This document shows, in pieces, positions 31,401-40,354 of a stretch of DNA of 64,000 bases. The stretch covers positions 1 to 64,000 of the forward strand of contig CAVQJC010000006.1 in the NCBI GenBank assembly GCA_963712745.1, read 5' to 3'. The translations under genes and the position numbers were made by a program. Positions within the stretch are counted from its first letter, which is position 1; each line of letters starts with the position of its first letter. The stretch is from an uncultured Chloroflexia bacterium (lineage in GTDB: Bacteria; Chloroflexota; Limnocylindria; Limnocylindrales; CSP1-4). Below the pieces are notes generated by a model, which ran no database searches, was not told where the DNA came from, and worked only from the letters and a program-made list of their open reading frames with translations.

Positions 31401-33060
31401 CTTCCTGACCCCCAGCATCCGCGTGACCGACCCCACCTCGCAGGGCTACTACGCGCTGGACATCGATCCGAGCAATTCCCGGACGGTCTGGCTCGGCGTC
31501 TATGGCAAGGGCCTCATCGTGTCGCACGACGGTCGCGACTTCGCCACCTTCGCCAACGGCAAGGACGAGGAGCTGCGCGGGAAGCACATCACCTCGGTGC
31601 AGGTGGATCCGGGGAACCGCAAGCGCGTCTTCGTCGGGGCTGAAGAGGGCGTCTTCGTCACACGCGACTCGGGCAGGACGTGGCGACGCCTGAACAAGGG
31701 CCTGGGCATGAAGGACGTCAGGTCCCTCAAGTTGACGTCTTCCGCATCGGCGCCGTTCAGGGCCGACTTCGATGACGGCGCTGCCGACGGCTTCACCCTC
31801 GAGTCAGGCTGGAAGGTCGCCGGCGGCCGACTGACCGGGTCACGCCATGCCTGGGCCTGGGCCGGGTCACCGTCATGGACTGACTACTCGCTGGAGGCCA
31901 AGGTGAAGGTCGACCGCGGCGGCCTGCACATCAGCACACGCATCAACGACGACGGGCGCTACTTCGTAGGCGTGCGCCCCGATACGCTTTACCTCGCCAA
32001 GCAGTCCCACGAGTGGGAGAGATTCGCGGACCTGGAACAGGTACCCATCAGCCTCGGCAACAAGCGCCACGTGGTCCGTGTCGATGTCGATGGACCCCGC
32101 CTCAGGGTGTACCTCGACGGCAAGAAGAAGATCGACCACCGCGACCGCAAGCCGCATCTCGCGGGCTCCATCGCCTTCGAGGCCCTCGACAATTCGACGG
32201 TGTCGGTCGATGCGGTGCGCGTTCGGCGCAAGACTGGGCCCGCCCAGGCCTTGGTCGGGACCGCAGGTTACGGTGTCTATCGCCTCGGCACCTCAGGAGG
32301 ACGCTGGAGCCATCTCGGGCGCTCGCTCGGGTTCGGCTGGTGGGCGCCGTGGGAGCGCCGCATGTACCAGTTCAGCTCGCTGCTCTTCGACCCGCTCGAG
32401 AAGGGCACCGTCTACTACGGTCATTTCCCCGGCGGCTTCTTCGTCAGCCGGGACGGCGGCCGTACCTGGCGGGACTCGAGCGTCGGGCTCGGCAACGACG
32501 GCATGTTCTCGCTGACGCAGCATCCGCACGATCCGCAGATCCTGTTCGCCGGCACCTACAACGGCATCGTCAGGTCGAACGACGGCGGCGCCACGTGGAC
32601 GGACTCCAGCGAGGGCATGCCGCCCGAGCAGTGGCCCTACACCGTGGCCATCGATGGGGACGATCCCGACGTCATGTACACCTCCACCAAGAACGGGCAG
32701 AACAAGGGCTTCTGCCAGCGCAACGCGACCTGCGGGGTCGTCATGAAGTCCACCGATGGCGGCAGGGCGTGGGATCCCATCATGTCGGGCCTCGACCCCA
32801 TGAGCGAGTTCTACACGCTGCTCATCTACCCGCCCGATCACGACATCCTGTTCCTCAGCACCAGCCGTGGGGTCTACGCCAGCCCCGACGCCGGAGAGCA
32901 CTGGCAGCCGCTGGTCGAAGGGCTACCGGCCACTGACAACCAGGTACGGGACAACGTGGCCGACAACCTGGCCCTGAGCGCGGATGGCGAGCACCTGTAC
33001 CTGGGCCTGGTCCGGCACGGCGTCTGGCGTGCGGACTTGACAGCATTGGCTGAGGGGTGA
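28405..33060 (+). CDS. large secreted BNR/Asp-box beta-propeller protein (VPS10/Ycf48-like) with an inserted ConA-like domain
   Basis: signal peptide; many S/T-x-D-x-G-x-T/S-W boxes and 'IDPxDP' blades; DUF1080-like segment at 31753-32226. Confidence 0.85.
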   Translation: MRALWLSRVGTIILVLAAGSSATGITLGASDTSSSPADFLADVRWESMAGPPGAGYVVQLVQTTRPTHTLYAVTQDATYQSADKGETWSTVPGLDRIRVASLAVRGGDVIACGDGVHELTGQGTRRLLPEPCETVGADRDTIVMTRGSGSKTGVVVKRLDGTGAWQDLSPRAADLAGLVLPPPGRPSGVSAGPIAPVGDDILAGFRVWVDAAAELENGGLYRWDDGAATWSQVQLPTPGGVVLARLITDPKHPRRVIATFRDPFLHEVQHTISRLVFESRDGGLTWSPLTDATVRSNGVTDVVNVGRSRYLVDPSDRYMVRVRGSGWKVLPAPAVKGIPGGSVGLETLLIDPADPKTAYGLTGSAWELGLVRSTDGLKSWHKMDGTIVRSSPTIVVSDPRDPAVLLTSGNIIQESYATRDDGKTWSLFSPTTSGDEVRIDPHDPDHLLVVDEMTNLFESLDGGRSFDQIATEFGGAKVLDFEVARDDPDLIYVSNLGVGISRFGGGEAQHLTNSPDYAYDIEIDPDDSRILYATNSPKKFENHSSVWRYRPDQVTDFGWSEILRVEDSAGITSLRFDPADSDTLYAGVTGSHGSVWVSRDRGSTWAELNPALTFTSVQGHSQLEVVPGAQDTVLAGTWGGGSFRSSDSGRSWTMLDHEHTFSPTCIEAWPADPSVVYACDRTSAKIHKSTDGGTTWQEYFDFGPGHLTTTALAIDPDDPDLIYAAAFRPPAAMLGSLFRIRAGVMEADLGADLPRAVLDIEIDAQTPATLYVTTHLHGLFISDDAGASWTRLDDRGTGLPRTGYLDVDIDPRDPRTLYATSLCGPIPGYVIDPLRDVLSRSERFRNIDPAAKCGLYRSTDRGQSWALLLETVGAANAIEVSPTLPGSLYVADGGAGVWVSRDDGASWRQENTGLGTTSVTAVAAGEDGIYAGTQGSGVFVGALGADGAISWDGAAGPRVRVHRIQIEVDPRDPDRLYASAYPGGVLRSDDGGRTWSAKNFLTPSIRVTDPTSQGYYALDIDPSNSRTVWLGVYGKGLIVSHDGRDFATFANGKDEELRGKHITSVQVDPGNRKRVFVGAEEGVFVTRDSGRTWRRLNKGLGMKDVRSLKLTSSASAPFRADFDDGAADGFTLESGWKVAGGRLTGSRHAWAWAGSPSWTDYSLEAKVKVDRGGLHISTRINDDGRYFVGVRPDTLYLAKQSHEWERFADLEQVPISLGNKRHVVRVDVDGPRLRVYLDGKKKIDHRDRKPHLAGSIAFEALDNSTVSVDAVRVRRKTGPAQALVGTAGYGVYRLGTSGGRWSHLGRSLGFGWWAPWERRMYQFSSLLFDPLEKGTVYYGHFPGGFFVSRDGGRTWRDSSVGLGNDGMFSLTQHPHDPQILFAGTYNGIVRSNDGGATWTDSSEGMPPEQWPYTVAIDGDDPDVMYTSTKNGQNKGFCQRNATCGVVMKSTDGGRAWDPIMSGLDPMSEFYTLLIYPPDHDILFLSTSRGVYASPDAGEHWQPLVEGLPATDNQVRDNVADNLALSADGEHLYLGLVRHGVWRADLTALAEG

Positions 33061-33099
33061 GTACACAGCCATCGGCATGAGCACGGTAGGGGCAACGAC

Positions 33100-34110
33100 G
33101 TGGATATCGAGGAATTCATCAAGTCCATCCCGAAGGCGGAGCTTCACCTCCACATCGAGGGAACGCTGGAGCCTGACCTCAAGTTCGACCTCGCCAGCCG
33201 CAACGGCCTCGAGCTGCCCTACGCCTCGGTCGCCGAGCTGCGGGCAGCCTACGACTTCGACGATCTTCCGTCGTTCCTGGCCCAGTACTACGAGGGCATG
33301 TCCGTCCTCCTGGTGGAGCAGGACTTCTACGACCTGGCCTGGGCCTACTTCGCAAGGGTCGCCGCCCAGAACGTCGTCTATGCCGAGCTGTTCTTCGACC
33401 CACAGGCGCACACCAGCCGAGGGATCGGATTCGAGACGGTCGTCACCGGCCTGCGGCGAGCCCAGCAGGAGGCTGAAGTCCGCTTCGGTATCAGGTCCCA
33501 GCTGATCATGTGCTTCCTCAGGGACCTCCCGGCCATATCGGCGGCCGAGACGCTGCAGCAGGCGGCGCCATACCGCGACTGGATCGTCGGCGTCGGTCTG
33601 GATTCCGATGAGAAAGGCAATCCGCCCCTCAAGTTCCGAGAGGTCTTCGCCGCCGCCCGCGCCCAGGGCTACCGGCTGACCATGCACTGCGATGTCGATC
33701 AGGAGGACTCGGTCAGCCACATCTGGCAGTGCCTTGACCAGATCGGCGTCGACCGGATCGATCACGGCGTGAACGCGCTAGAGGATGCGGCACTGACCGA
33801 CGAATTGGCGCGACGCGGTCTCGGCCTCACCGTCTGCCCGATCTCCAACTCCTACGTGACCGAGGGGACCAAGTCGCCGGAGATCAGGGCCCTGCTCGAG
33901 CGGGGCGTGCTCGTGACGGTGAACTCGGACGATCCCGCCTACTTCCCCGGCTATGTCGGCGAGAACCTCGCGACCCTGCAACGCGAGGCGCAGCTCACAC
34001 GGGACGAGATCGTCCGCCTCGTGCGCAACGCCTTCGCCGTCAGCTGGCTGGAGGAGCCTGACCGCAGGGCCTATCTCGAGCAGGTGGACAGATGGGTGGC
34101 CGCCCACTGA
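33100..34110 (+). CDS. add: adenosine/adenine deaminase
   Basis: 'PKAELHLHIEGTLEP', 'FFDPQAH', 'RIDHG', 'NSDDPAYF'. Confidence 0.93.
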   Translation: MDIEEFIKSIPKAELHLHIEGTLEPDLKFDLASRNGLELPYASVAELRAAYDFDDLPSFLAQYYEGMSVLLVEQDFYDLAWAYFARVAAQNVVYAELFFDPQAHTSRGIGFETVVTGLRRAQQEAEVRFGIRSQLIMCFLRDLPAISAAETLQQAAPYRDWIVGVGLDSDEKGNPPLKFREVFAAARAQGYRLTMHCDVDQEDSVSHIWQCLDQIGVDRIDHGVNALEDAALTDELARRGLGLTVCPISNSYVTEGTKSPEIRALLERGVLVTVNSDDPAYFPGYVGENLATLQREAQLTRDEIVRLVRNAFAVSWLEEPDRRAYLEQVDRWVAAH

Positions 34111-34204
34111 TTCGATCGTCGGTGGACACCAGCGGACGGATCCGTGGCTCCTGGTCAGGAGCAGGGTCAAGCGGCAGTCGTCCCGACCATACCGCTCGCC
34201 ATCG

Positions 34205-35434
34205 CTAGCTCCGCCTCGAAAGCCGCAGCCGCAACGCCGATGCCGTGATGTAGGCGGTGATGACCGAGATGCCGATCGGCGCGATGGCTTCCACCCCCAG
34301 CCCTACCGTGCCCACACCGATGAGCACGAAACTCACCGGGGCGGCGATGATCGCACCCGGCACGGCTGCGAGCATGCAAGCCACGGCGAGTCCGGTCGGG
34401 ATCTCCGGGATGGCAGCGTTGACGATGAGGCCGCTCGTGCCGCCGATGAACAGGATGGGGAAGACGATGCCGCCGAGGAACCCCGCCTCCTGGCTCAGCG
34501 CCACCGCCGCCATCTTGGCGAACAGGACGAGCAGGAGCAGGCCGATGCTGAGAGCAGGGGCGTGGTCGATCTCGTACACCAGTTGCGGGCTGCCACCCGT
34601 CGCGGTCAGTGGGACGGCGAATGCCAGCAGGCCGACCAGCGATCCCAACAGCACCGCCTTGAGGTAGGGATTCGGCAGCAGTCCTGCGGCCCTTCCCAGC
34701 AGACGTCGGACCACCGCATAGAGCACCAGGATCAGGGCTGAGAGGAGGCCCAGTGGCACGGCCGCAGCGAGGTGCCAGGCCTCGAAGGCGTAGCCGTCGA
34801 CGCCGAAGGAGTCGAGCATCTCTGTGCCGGTGACGCCGAAGAAGATGATGAAGCCGATGGTGGCCGCGATGAACTGCGGGATGATGGCAACCACGTACGC
34901 GTGCTTCGGCGTGGGCGACAGCTCGGACGTCATCACCGCCGCGAACAGAGGTGCCGCGAAGACCGCGCCGAGTCCTCCGGCCATGCCGGTCAGCGAGTAG
35001 GCCTTCCGCTCGCCGTCTTCTGCTTGGGGCAGGCGAGAGGCGATCCAGGCGGCGAAACCACCGCCTGAGACGATGACACCGAAGGACGGACCCAGGCTTG
35101 CGCCGGCGATGAGCGAGACGGCCGAGATCGCCACCAGCGAGAACGCACTCGACGGCTCCACCCAGCCGGCGCGGACGAAGGCGACGGCACCGGATATCTC
35201 GCCGTCGGCACGGGCCCGTACGCGGAGCCAGGTCACCAGGAGCGCACCAGCTCCGATCAGCGGGATCCACCACCACTGGCCTGAGAACAGGTCCGAGGTC
35301 GGCTCGCTGAAGAAGAGGTCGATGCCCCAACTCGTGAGGAGCGAGTAGGCCAGGGCGAACACCCCACCGGTGACACCGAGGCCCAGGGCCGCGAATAGGA
35401 GCCGCTGGTATGCACGATCGTCGAGCGGCAGCAT
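34205..35434 (-). CDS. CLC-family (Voltage_CLC) membrane protein, atypical
   Basis: 'GASLGPS', 'GMAGGLGAVFAAPL', 'GFLGGIVFP'; many TM segments. Confidence 0.8.
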   Translation of the reverse strand: MLPLDDRAYQRLLFAALGLGVTGGVFALAYSLLTSWGIDLFFSEPTSDLFSGQWWWIPLIGAGALLVTWLRVRARADGEISGAVAFVRAGWVEPSSAFSLVAISAVSLIAGASLGPSFGVIVSGGGFAAWIASRLPQAEDGERKAYSLTGMAGGLGAVFAAPLFAAVMTSELSPTPKHAYVVAIIPQFIAATIGFIIFFGVTGTEMLDSFGVDGYAFEAWHLAAAVPLGLLSALILVLYAVVRRLLGRAAGLLPNPYLKAVLLGSLVGLLAFAVPLTATGGSPQLVYEIDHAPALSIGLLLLVLFAKMAAVALSQEAGFLGGIVFPILFIGGTSGLIVNAAIPEIPTGLAVACMLAAVPGAIIAAPVSFVLIGVGTVGLGVEAIAPIGISVITAYITASALRLRLSRRS

Positions 35435-35606
35435 GGAGGCAGGTTAGCCGAGCCGGCGGCCCCGGACCCGACGGTCAGGCCCACGGCGGCCCCAGCTCGC
35501 CCCTGCGGAGCCCAGGCTTGCCCTGCGGGCCGGAGAGCGGTTGCCGGCCCATGGCGTGGCCACGGAAACGTCTGGTATCGTCGGCCACTACCCAACCGCG
35601 AGAGTC

Positions 35607-36059
35607 ATGACCAGCGAAGACCTTCGACGACTGATCGCACCCCACGCGAATGACATCGGGGGCCCTGTCACCGCGCTCCGGATCCTCCAGCAGCACATCG
35701 GCTGGATCGACTCCGACGCGCTGGAAACGGTCGCGGACGTCTTCAACCTGAGCCGTGCAGAGGTCCGCGGCCTGGTCGGCTTCTACGCGGACTTCCGCAC
35801 CAGGCCCCCGGCTACCCACGTGGTCAAGGTCTGCCAGGCGGAAGCGTGCCAGGCGGTGGGCGCGCGGGAGCTGACACGAACCCTCTCCGACCGCCTGGGC
35901 ATCGCGCTCGGCGAGAAGACGTCAGACGACCGCGTCGGGCTCGAGCCCGTCTACTGCCTTGGGCTCTGCACGCACGGCCCGACCATGATGGTCGACGACC
36001 GACCGGTCGTGAGGGCCGATGCCGCTGCCGAGCGCATGCTGGACCAGATCCTGACATGA
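35607..36059 (+). CDS. fdsG: formate dehydrogenase gamma subunit (NuoE-like 2Fe-2S)
   Basis: 'NLSRAEVRGLVGFY', 'CQAEAC', 'CLGLC'. Confidence 0.88.
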   Translation: MTSEDLRRLIAPHANDIGGPVTALRILQQHIGWIDSDALETVADVFNLSRAEVRGLVGFYADFRTRPPATHVVKVCQAEACQAVGARELTRTLSDRLGIALGEKTSDDRVGLEPVYCLGLCTHGPTMMVDDRPVVRADAAAERMLDQILT

Positions 36060-37516
36060 GCGAACGCGCCTACGTCCCCAGTGAATCGGTCGCCCTCGCG
36101 CTGGGCGCTGGTGAGGTCGCTGGTGCCCTCGCCGCGGCCGGGACAGAGGTGACGCGCAACGGGTCCCGTGGACTGCTCTGGGCCGAGCCGATGGTGGAGA
36201 TCGAGCGCGACGGCCGCCGCACCGCGTACGGGCCGGTGGCCCCGGCCGATACGGACCGGCTGGACACCCGTGAGCTCGGCGCCGTGGAGGACCTCCTCGC
36301 CGGGCAGACGCGCGTGGTCTTCGGCAATTGCGGTGCCTACGAACCGACCGACCTGGACGCGTACCTGGCCCACGGTGGCTTCAGCATGCCCGACCGCGAT
36401 CCGCAGTCGATCATCGACGAGGTCGACAGCGCCGGGCTGCGCGGCTACGGCGGGGCCGGTTTCCCCGCCGGCCGCAAGTGGCAGACCGCGGCCGACACCG
36501 TGGCCGACCAGAAGTACATCGTGGCCAACGCCGACGAAGGCGACTCCGGCACGTTCTCCGACCGGCTCATCATGGAGGGCGATCCCTTCCTGCTCATCGA
36601 GGGCATGAGCCTCGCCGGCCGTGCCATCGGAGCCACCCACGGCGTCATCTACCTGCGCTCCGAGTACCCCGTGGCGGCAGACGTCCTGACGCGGGCGCTG
36701 GCCGCCGCGCGAGTCGGAGGCGTATTGGGCGAGCACTTCGACATCGACCTCTTCATCGGAGCCGGCGCCTACATCTGCGGCGAGGCGACCTCGCTGCTCG
36801 AGAGCCTGGAGGGCAAGCGCGGCGAGGTCCGCGCGAAGCCGCCGCCCATGGCGGTGCGCGGGCTCTACGGCAAGCCGACCGTGGTGAACAACGTCATCAC
36901 GCTGTGCGCGGTGCCCTGGATCATGCGCCACGGCGGGGTCGCCTACGCCCGGCTCGGTGTCGCCCCTTCGACCGGCACCATGCCCTTCCAGCTCGGCGGC
37001 AACGTCAGGCGCGGCGGTCTCTATGAGCTCGAGTTCGGGGTCACCCTCGGCGAACTCGTGGAGAAGTGGGGAGGTGGGACAAGGAGCGGACGACCTGTAC
37101 GTGCGGTGCAGGTCGGCGGCCCGCTCGGCGCGTACCTGACCCCGGCCCACTTCGACGTAGCCATGACCTACGAAGCGCTGCGGGAGGTCGGGGCGGAGAT
37201 CGGGCACGGTGGGGTCGTGGTCTTCGATGACAGCGTGGACATGGCCGAGCAGGCCCGCTATGCGTTCGAGTTCTGCGCCGAGGAATTGTGCGGCAAGTGC
37301 ACGCCTTGTCGCATCGGCTCGGTGCGTGGTGCGGAGCTGGTGCAACAGATCATCGACGACGGCCCGCGCGCCGACCGCCTCGCGCTGCTCGACGACCTGT
37401 GCACGGTGCTGGAGGGTTCCAGCCTGTGCGCGATGGGCAGCATGACGCCCAAGCCGGTGCGGAGCGCACTCGAACACTTCCCCCAGGACTTCGGATTGCC
37501 CATGGAGGGCCGCTGA
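36056..37516 (+). CDS. fdsB: formate dehydrogenase beta subunit (NuoF-like diaphorase)
   Basis: 'RNGSRG', 'NADEGDSGTF', 'GAGAYICGE', 'QVGGPLG', 'CGKCTPCRIG'. Confidence 0.9.
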   Translation: MSERAYVPSESVALALGAGEVAGALAAAGTEVTRNGSRGLLWAEPMVEIERDGRRTAYGPVAPADTDRLDTRELGAVEDLLAGQTRVVFGNCGAYEPTDLDAYLAHGGFSMPDRDPQSIIDEVDSAGLRGYGGAGFPAGRKWQTAADTVADQKYIVANADEGDSGTFSDRLIMEGDPFLLIEGMSLAGRAIGATHGVIYLRSEYPVAADVLTRALAAARVGGVLGEHFDIDLFIGAGAYICGEATSLLESLEGKRGEVRAKPPPMAVRGLYGKPTVVNNVITLCAVPWIMRHGGVAYARLGVAPSTGTMPFQLGGNVRRGGLYELEFGVTLGELVEKWGGGTRSGRPVRAVQVGGPLGAYLTPAHFDVAMTYEALREVGAEIGHGGVVVFDDSVDMAEQARYAFEFCAEELCGKCTPCRIGSVRGAELVQQIIDDGPRADRLALLDDLCTVLEGSSLCAMGSMTPKPVRSALEHFPQDFGLPMEGR

Positions 37517-37517
37517 C

Positions 37518-40346
37518 ATGCGCTTGATCGAGCTCGACTACGGCACGCCCCCGAGCCTTGGCACCGGCACGGTGAACCTGGAGATCGACGGCGTCCCCGT
37601 GGAGACGACCGAGGGCACGTCCATCATGCGCGCCGCCACGGAGGTCGGCATCTCCATCCCCAAGCTGTGCGCGACGGACAGCCTGCGCTCGTTCGGCTCC
37701 TGTCGCATGTGCATGGTGGAAGTCGAAGGCCGGCCCGGGTTCAAGGCGGCCTGCACCGAGCCCGTGCGCGAGGGCATGCGGGTCCGCACCCAGTCCGAGG
37801 CCGTCGCCAGGCAACGGCGCGGCACGATGGAGCTGTACATCTCCGATCACCCGCTGGATTGCCTGACCTGCTCGGCCAACGGTGATTGCGAGCTGCAAGA
37901 CGTGGCCGGAGCGGTGGGCCTGCGCGAGGTGCGCTACCAGGAGCCGGTCACACACCTGGACGCCGAGACGGATGGGTCCAACCCGTACTTCGACTTCGAC
38001 CCGTCCAAGTGCATCATGTGCTCGCGCTGCGTGCGCGCCTGCGACGAGGTCCAGGGCACCTTCGCGCTCACCGTGCTCGGGCGCGGGTTCGACGCCAAGA
38101 TCGCTACCGGCGCGGTGGACTTCATGTCGTCCGACTGCGTCTCCTGCGGCGCCTGCGTGCAGGCCTGTCCCACGGCCACGCTGATGGAGAAGTCAGTGGT
38201 GGAGCACGGCGTCCCGGACCGCACGGTGCTGACCACCTGTGCCTACTGCGGCGTCGGTTGCTCGCTCAAGGCCGAGCTCAAGGGCGACCAGGTCGTGCGC
38301 ATGGTCCCCTACAAGGACGGCAAGGCCAACCACGGGCACGCTTGCGTGAAGGGCCGCTTCGCGTGGGGCTATGCCAACCACAAGGACCGCGTCACCTCGC
38401 CCATGATCCGCGACGCCATCGACCAGCCCTGGCGAGAGGTCTCGTGGGAGGAGGCCATCAGCTTCGCCGCGGCCCGCCTCAAGGCCATCCAGGCCGAGCA
38501 CGGCAAGTTCGCGGTCGGCGGCATCACTTCCTCTCGCTGCACCAACGAGGAAGTGTGGCTGGTGATGAAGCTGGTCCGGGCAGCCTTCGGCAACAACAAC
38601 GTCGACACCTGCGCGCGCGTCTGCCACTCCCCCACCGGCTACGGGCTGAAGCAGACATACGGCACCTCCGCGGGCACCCAGCATTTCGACTCCGTCACCG
38701 GGGCCGACGTGATCATGGTCATCGGTGCCAACCCGACCGAGGCCCATCCGGTGTTCGCCTCCCAGATGAAGCGACGGCTGCGCGAGGGCGCGCGGCTCAT
38801 CGTCGTGGACCCTCGCCGCATCGAGCTCGTGCGCTCACCCCACGTCGAAGCCGATGTGCACCTGCCGCTCCGGCCCGGCACCAACGTGGTGCTGATGAAC
38901 GCGTTCGCCCACGTCATCGTGAGCGAGGGCCTGCTCGACGATGACTTCGTGGAGACGCGCTGTGACATGGCCTCGTTCCGCGAGTGGCTCGAGTTCGCCG
39001 CGCGTCCCGAGCACGCCCCCGAGGCGGTGGCCGACGAGATCGGTGTGCCCGCAGCCGATATCCGCGAGGCAGCCAGGCTCTATGCCACCGGCGGCAACGC
39101 GGCCATCTACTACGGCCTCGGCGTGACCGAGCACAGCCAGGGTTCGACCATGGTCATGGCCATGGCCAACCTGGCCATGGCCACCGGCAACATCGGCCGC
39201 TTCGGTGTCGGCGTGAACCCGCTGCGTGGGCAGAACAACGTGCAGGGCTCATGCGACATGGGTTCGTTCCCGCACGAGCTGCCGGGCTATCGGCCGGTGA
39301 CCGATGACGCGGTGCGCGCCACCTTCGACCAGCACTGGGGCGTGCAGCTCCACGACGAAGCCGGCTACCGCATCCCCAACATGCTCGACGCGGCGGTGGC
39401 CGGGACCTTCAAGGGCATCTACATCCAGGGCGAGGACATCGCCCAGTCGGACCCCAACACCCAGCACGTGGAAGCGGCGCTCCAGTCCATGGAGTGCGTC
39501 ATCGTGCAGGACCTGTTCCTGAACGAGACGGCCAAGTTCGCCCACGTCTTCCTGCCCGGCTCGTCGTTCCTGGAGAAGGACGGCACCTTCATCAACGCCG
39601 AGCGGCGCATCAACCGCGTCCGCCCCGTGTCTAAGCCGCTGACGGGCAAGGCCGAGTGGGAGGTCACGCAGGACCTGGCCAACGCGCTCGGGTACCCGAT
39701 GCACTACGAGTCCGAGTCGGAGATCCTCGATGAGATCGCCGCCCTCACGCCCTCGTTCGCCGGCGTCTCGTTCGACTTCCTCGACGAGCACGGCAGCGTG
39801 CAGTGGCCCTGCAACGAGGATGCGCCGGAGGGCACGCCCATCATGCACGTGGACGAGTTCGTGCGCGGCAAGGGCATGTTCATCCTCACCGACTACCAGC
39901 CCACCGAGGAGCGCGCCAACCGCAAGTTCCCGCTGTTGCTCACCACCGGGCGCATCCTCAGCCAGTACAACGTCGGCGCCCAGACCCGGCGCACCGACAA
40001 CATCCGCTGGCTGGAGCAGGACGTGCTCGAGATCCATCCGGCCGATGCGGAGCTGCGCGGCGTCCATACGGGCGACCTCGTCTCGGTCCAGAGCCGCAAG
40101 GGCGAGATCACGCTGCCGGCGACCATCACCGAACGAGTCGCGCCCGGTGTCGTATACACCACCTTCCACCATCCAGACACCGGCACCAACGTGGTCACCA
40201 CGGAGCTGTCCGACTGGGCCACCAACTGCCCCGAGTACAAGGTCACCGCGGTCGAGGTGCGGCCGGCCAGCCACCGGTCCGAGTGGCAGGAGGGGTTCGT
40301 CGTCCGCGCCGCCGAGCAGGCCGCTCTGGCGCCCGGGGACCGCTGA
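37518..40346 (+). CDS. fdhF: formate dehydrogenase alpha subunit (Mo/W-bisPGD, Cys ligand)
   Basis: N-terminal Fe-S motifs, 'CAYCGVGC', 'CARVCH', 'LRGQNNVQG', 'CPEYK'. Confidence 0.95.
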   Translation: MRLIELDYGTPPSLGTGTVNLEIDGVPVETTEGTSIMRAATEVGISIPKLCATDSLRSFGSCRMCMVEVEGRPGFKAACTEPVREGMRVRTQSEAVARQRRGTMELYISDHPLDCLTCSANGDCELQDVAGAVGLREVRYQEPVTHLDAETDGSNPYFDFDPSKCIMCSRCVRACDEVQGTFALTVLGRGFDAKIATGAVDFMSSDCVSCGACVQACPTATLMEKSVVEHGVPDRTVLTTCAYCGVGCSLKAELKGDQVVRMVPYKDGKANHGHACVKGRFAWGYANHKDRVTSPMIRDAIDQPWREVSWEEAISFAAARLKAIQAEHGKFAVGGITSSRCTNEEVWLVMKLVRAAFGNNNVDTCARVCHSPTGYGLKQTYGTSAGTQHFDSVTGADVIMVIGANPTEAHPVFASQMKRRLREGARLIVVDPRRIELVRSPHVEADVHLPLRPGTNVVLMNAFAHVIVSEGLLDDDFVETRCDMASFREWLEFAARPEHAPEAVADEIGVPAADIREAARLYATGGNAAIYYGLGVTEHSQGSTMVMAMANLAMATGNIGRFGVGVNPLRGQNNVQGSCDMGSFPHELPGYRPVTDDAVRATFDQHWGVQLHDEAGYRIPNMLDAAVAGTFKGIYIQGEDIAQSDPNTQHVEAALQSMECVIVQDLFLNETAKFAHVFLPGSSFLEKDGTFINAERRINRVRPVSKPLTGKAEWEVTQDLANALGYPMHYESESEILDEIAALTPSFAGVSFDFLDEHGSVQWPCNEDAPEGTPIMHVDEFVRGKGMFILTDYQPTEERANRKFPLLLTTGRILSQYNVGAQTRRTDNIRWLEQDVLEIHPADAELRGVHTGDLVSVQSRKGEITLPATITERVAPGVVYTTFHHPDTGTNVVTTELSDWATNCPEYKVTAVEVRPASHRSEWQEGFVVRAAEQAALAPGDR

Positions 40347-40354
40347 TCGCTCGC

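Noticed and set aside
35435-35606. Moco/Wco riboswitch upstream of the FDH operon
   Set aside because: I could not match the conserved elements; only generic GC-rich pairing.
37518-40346. Selenocysteine FDH
   Set aside because: The active-site residue is Cys (CARVCH, tgc) and there is no in-frame TGA.
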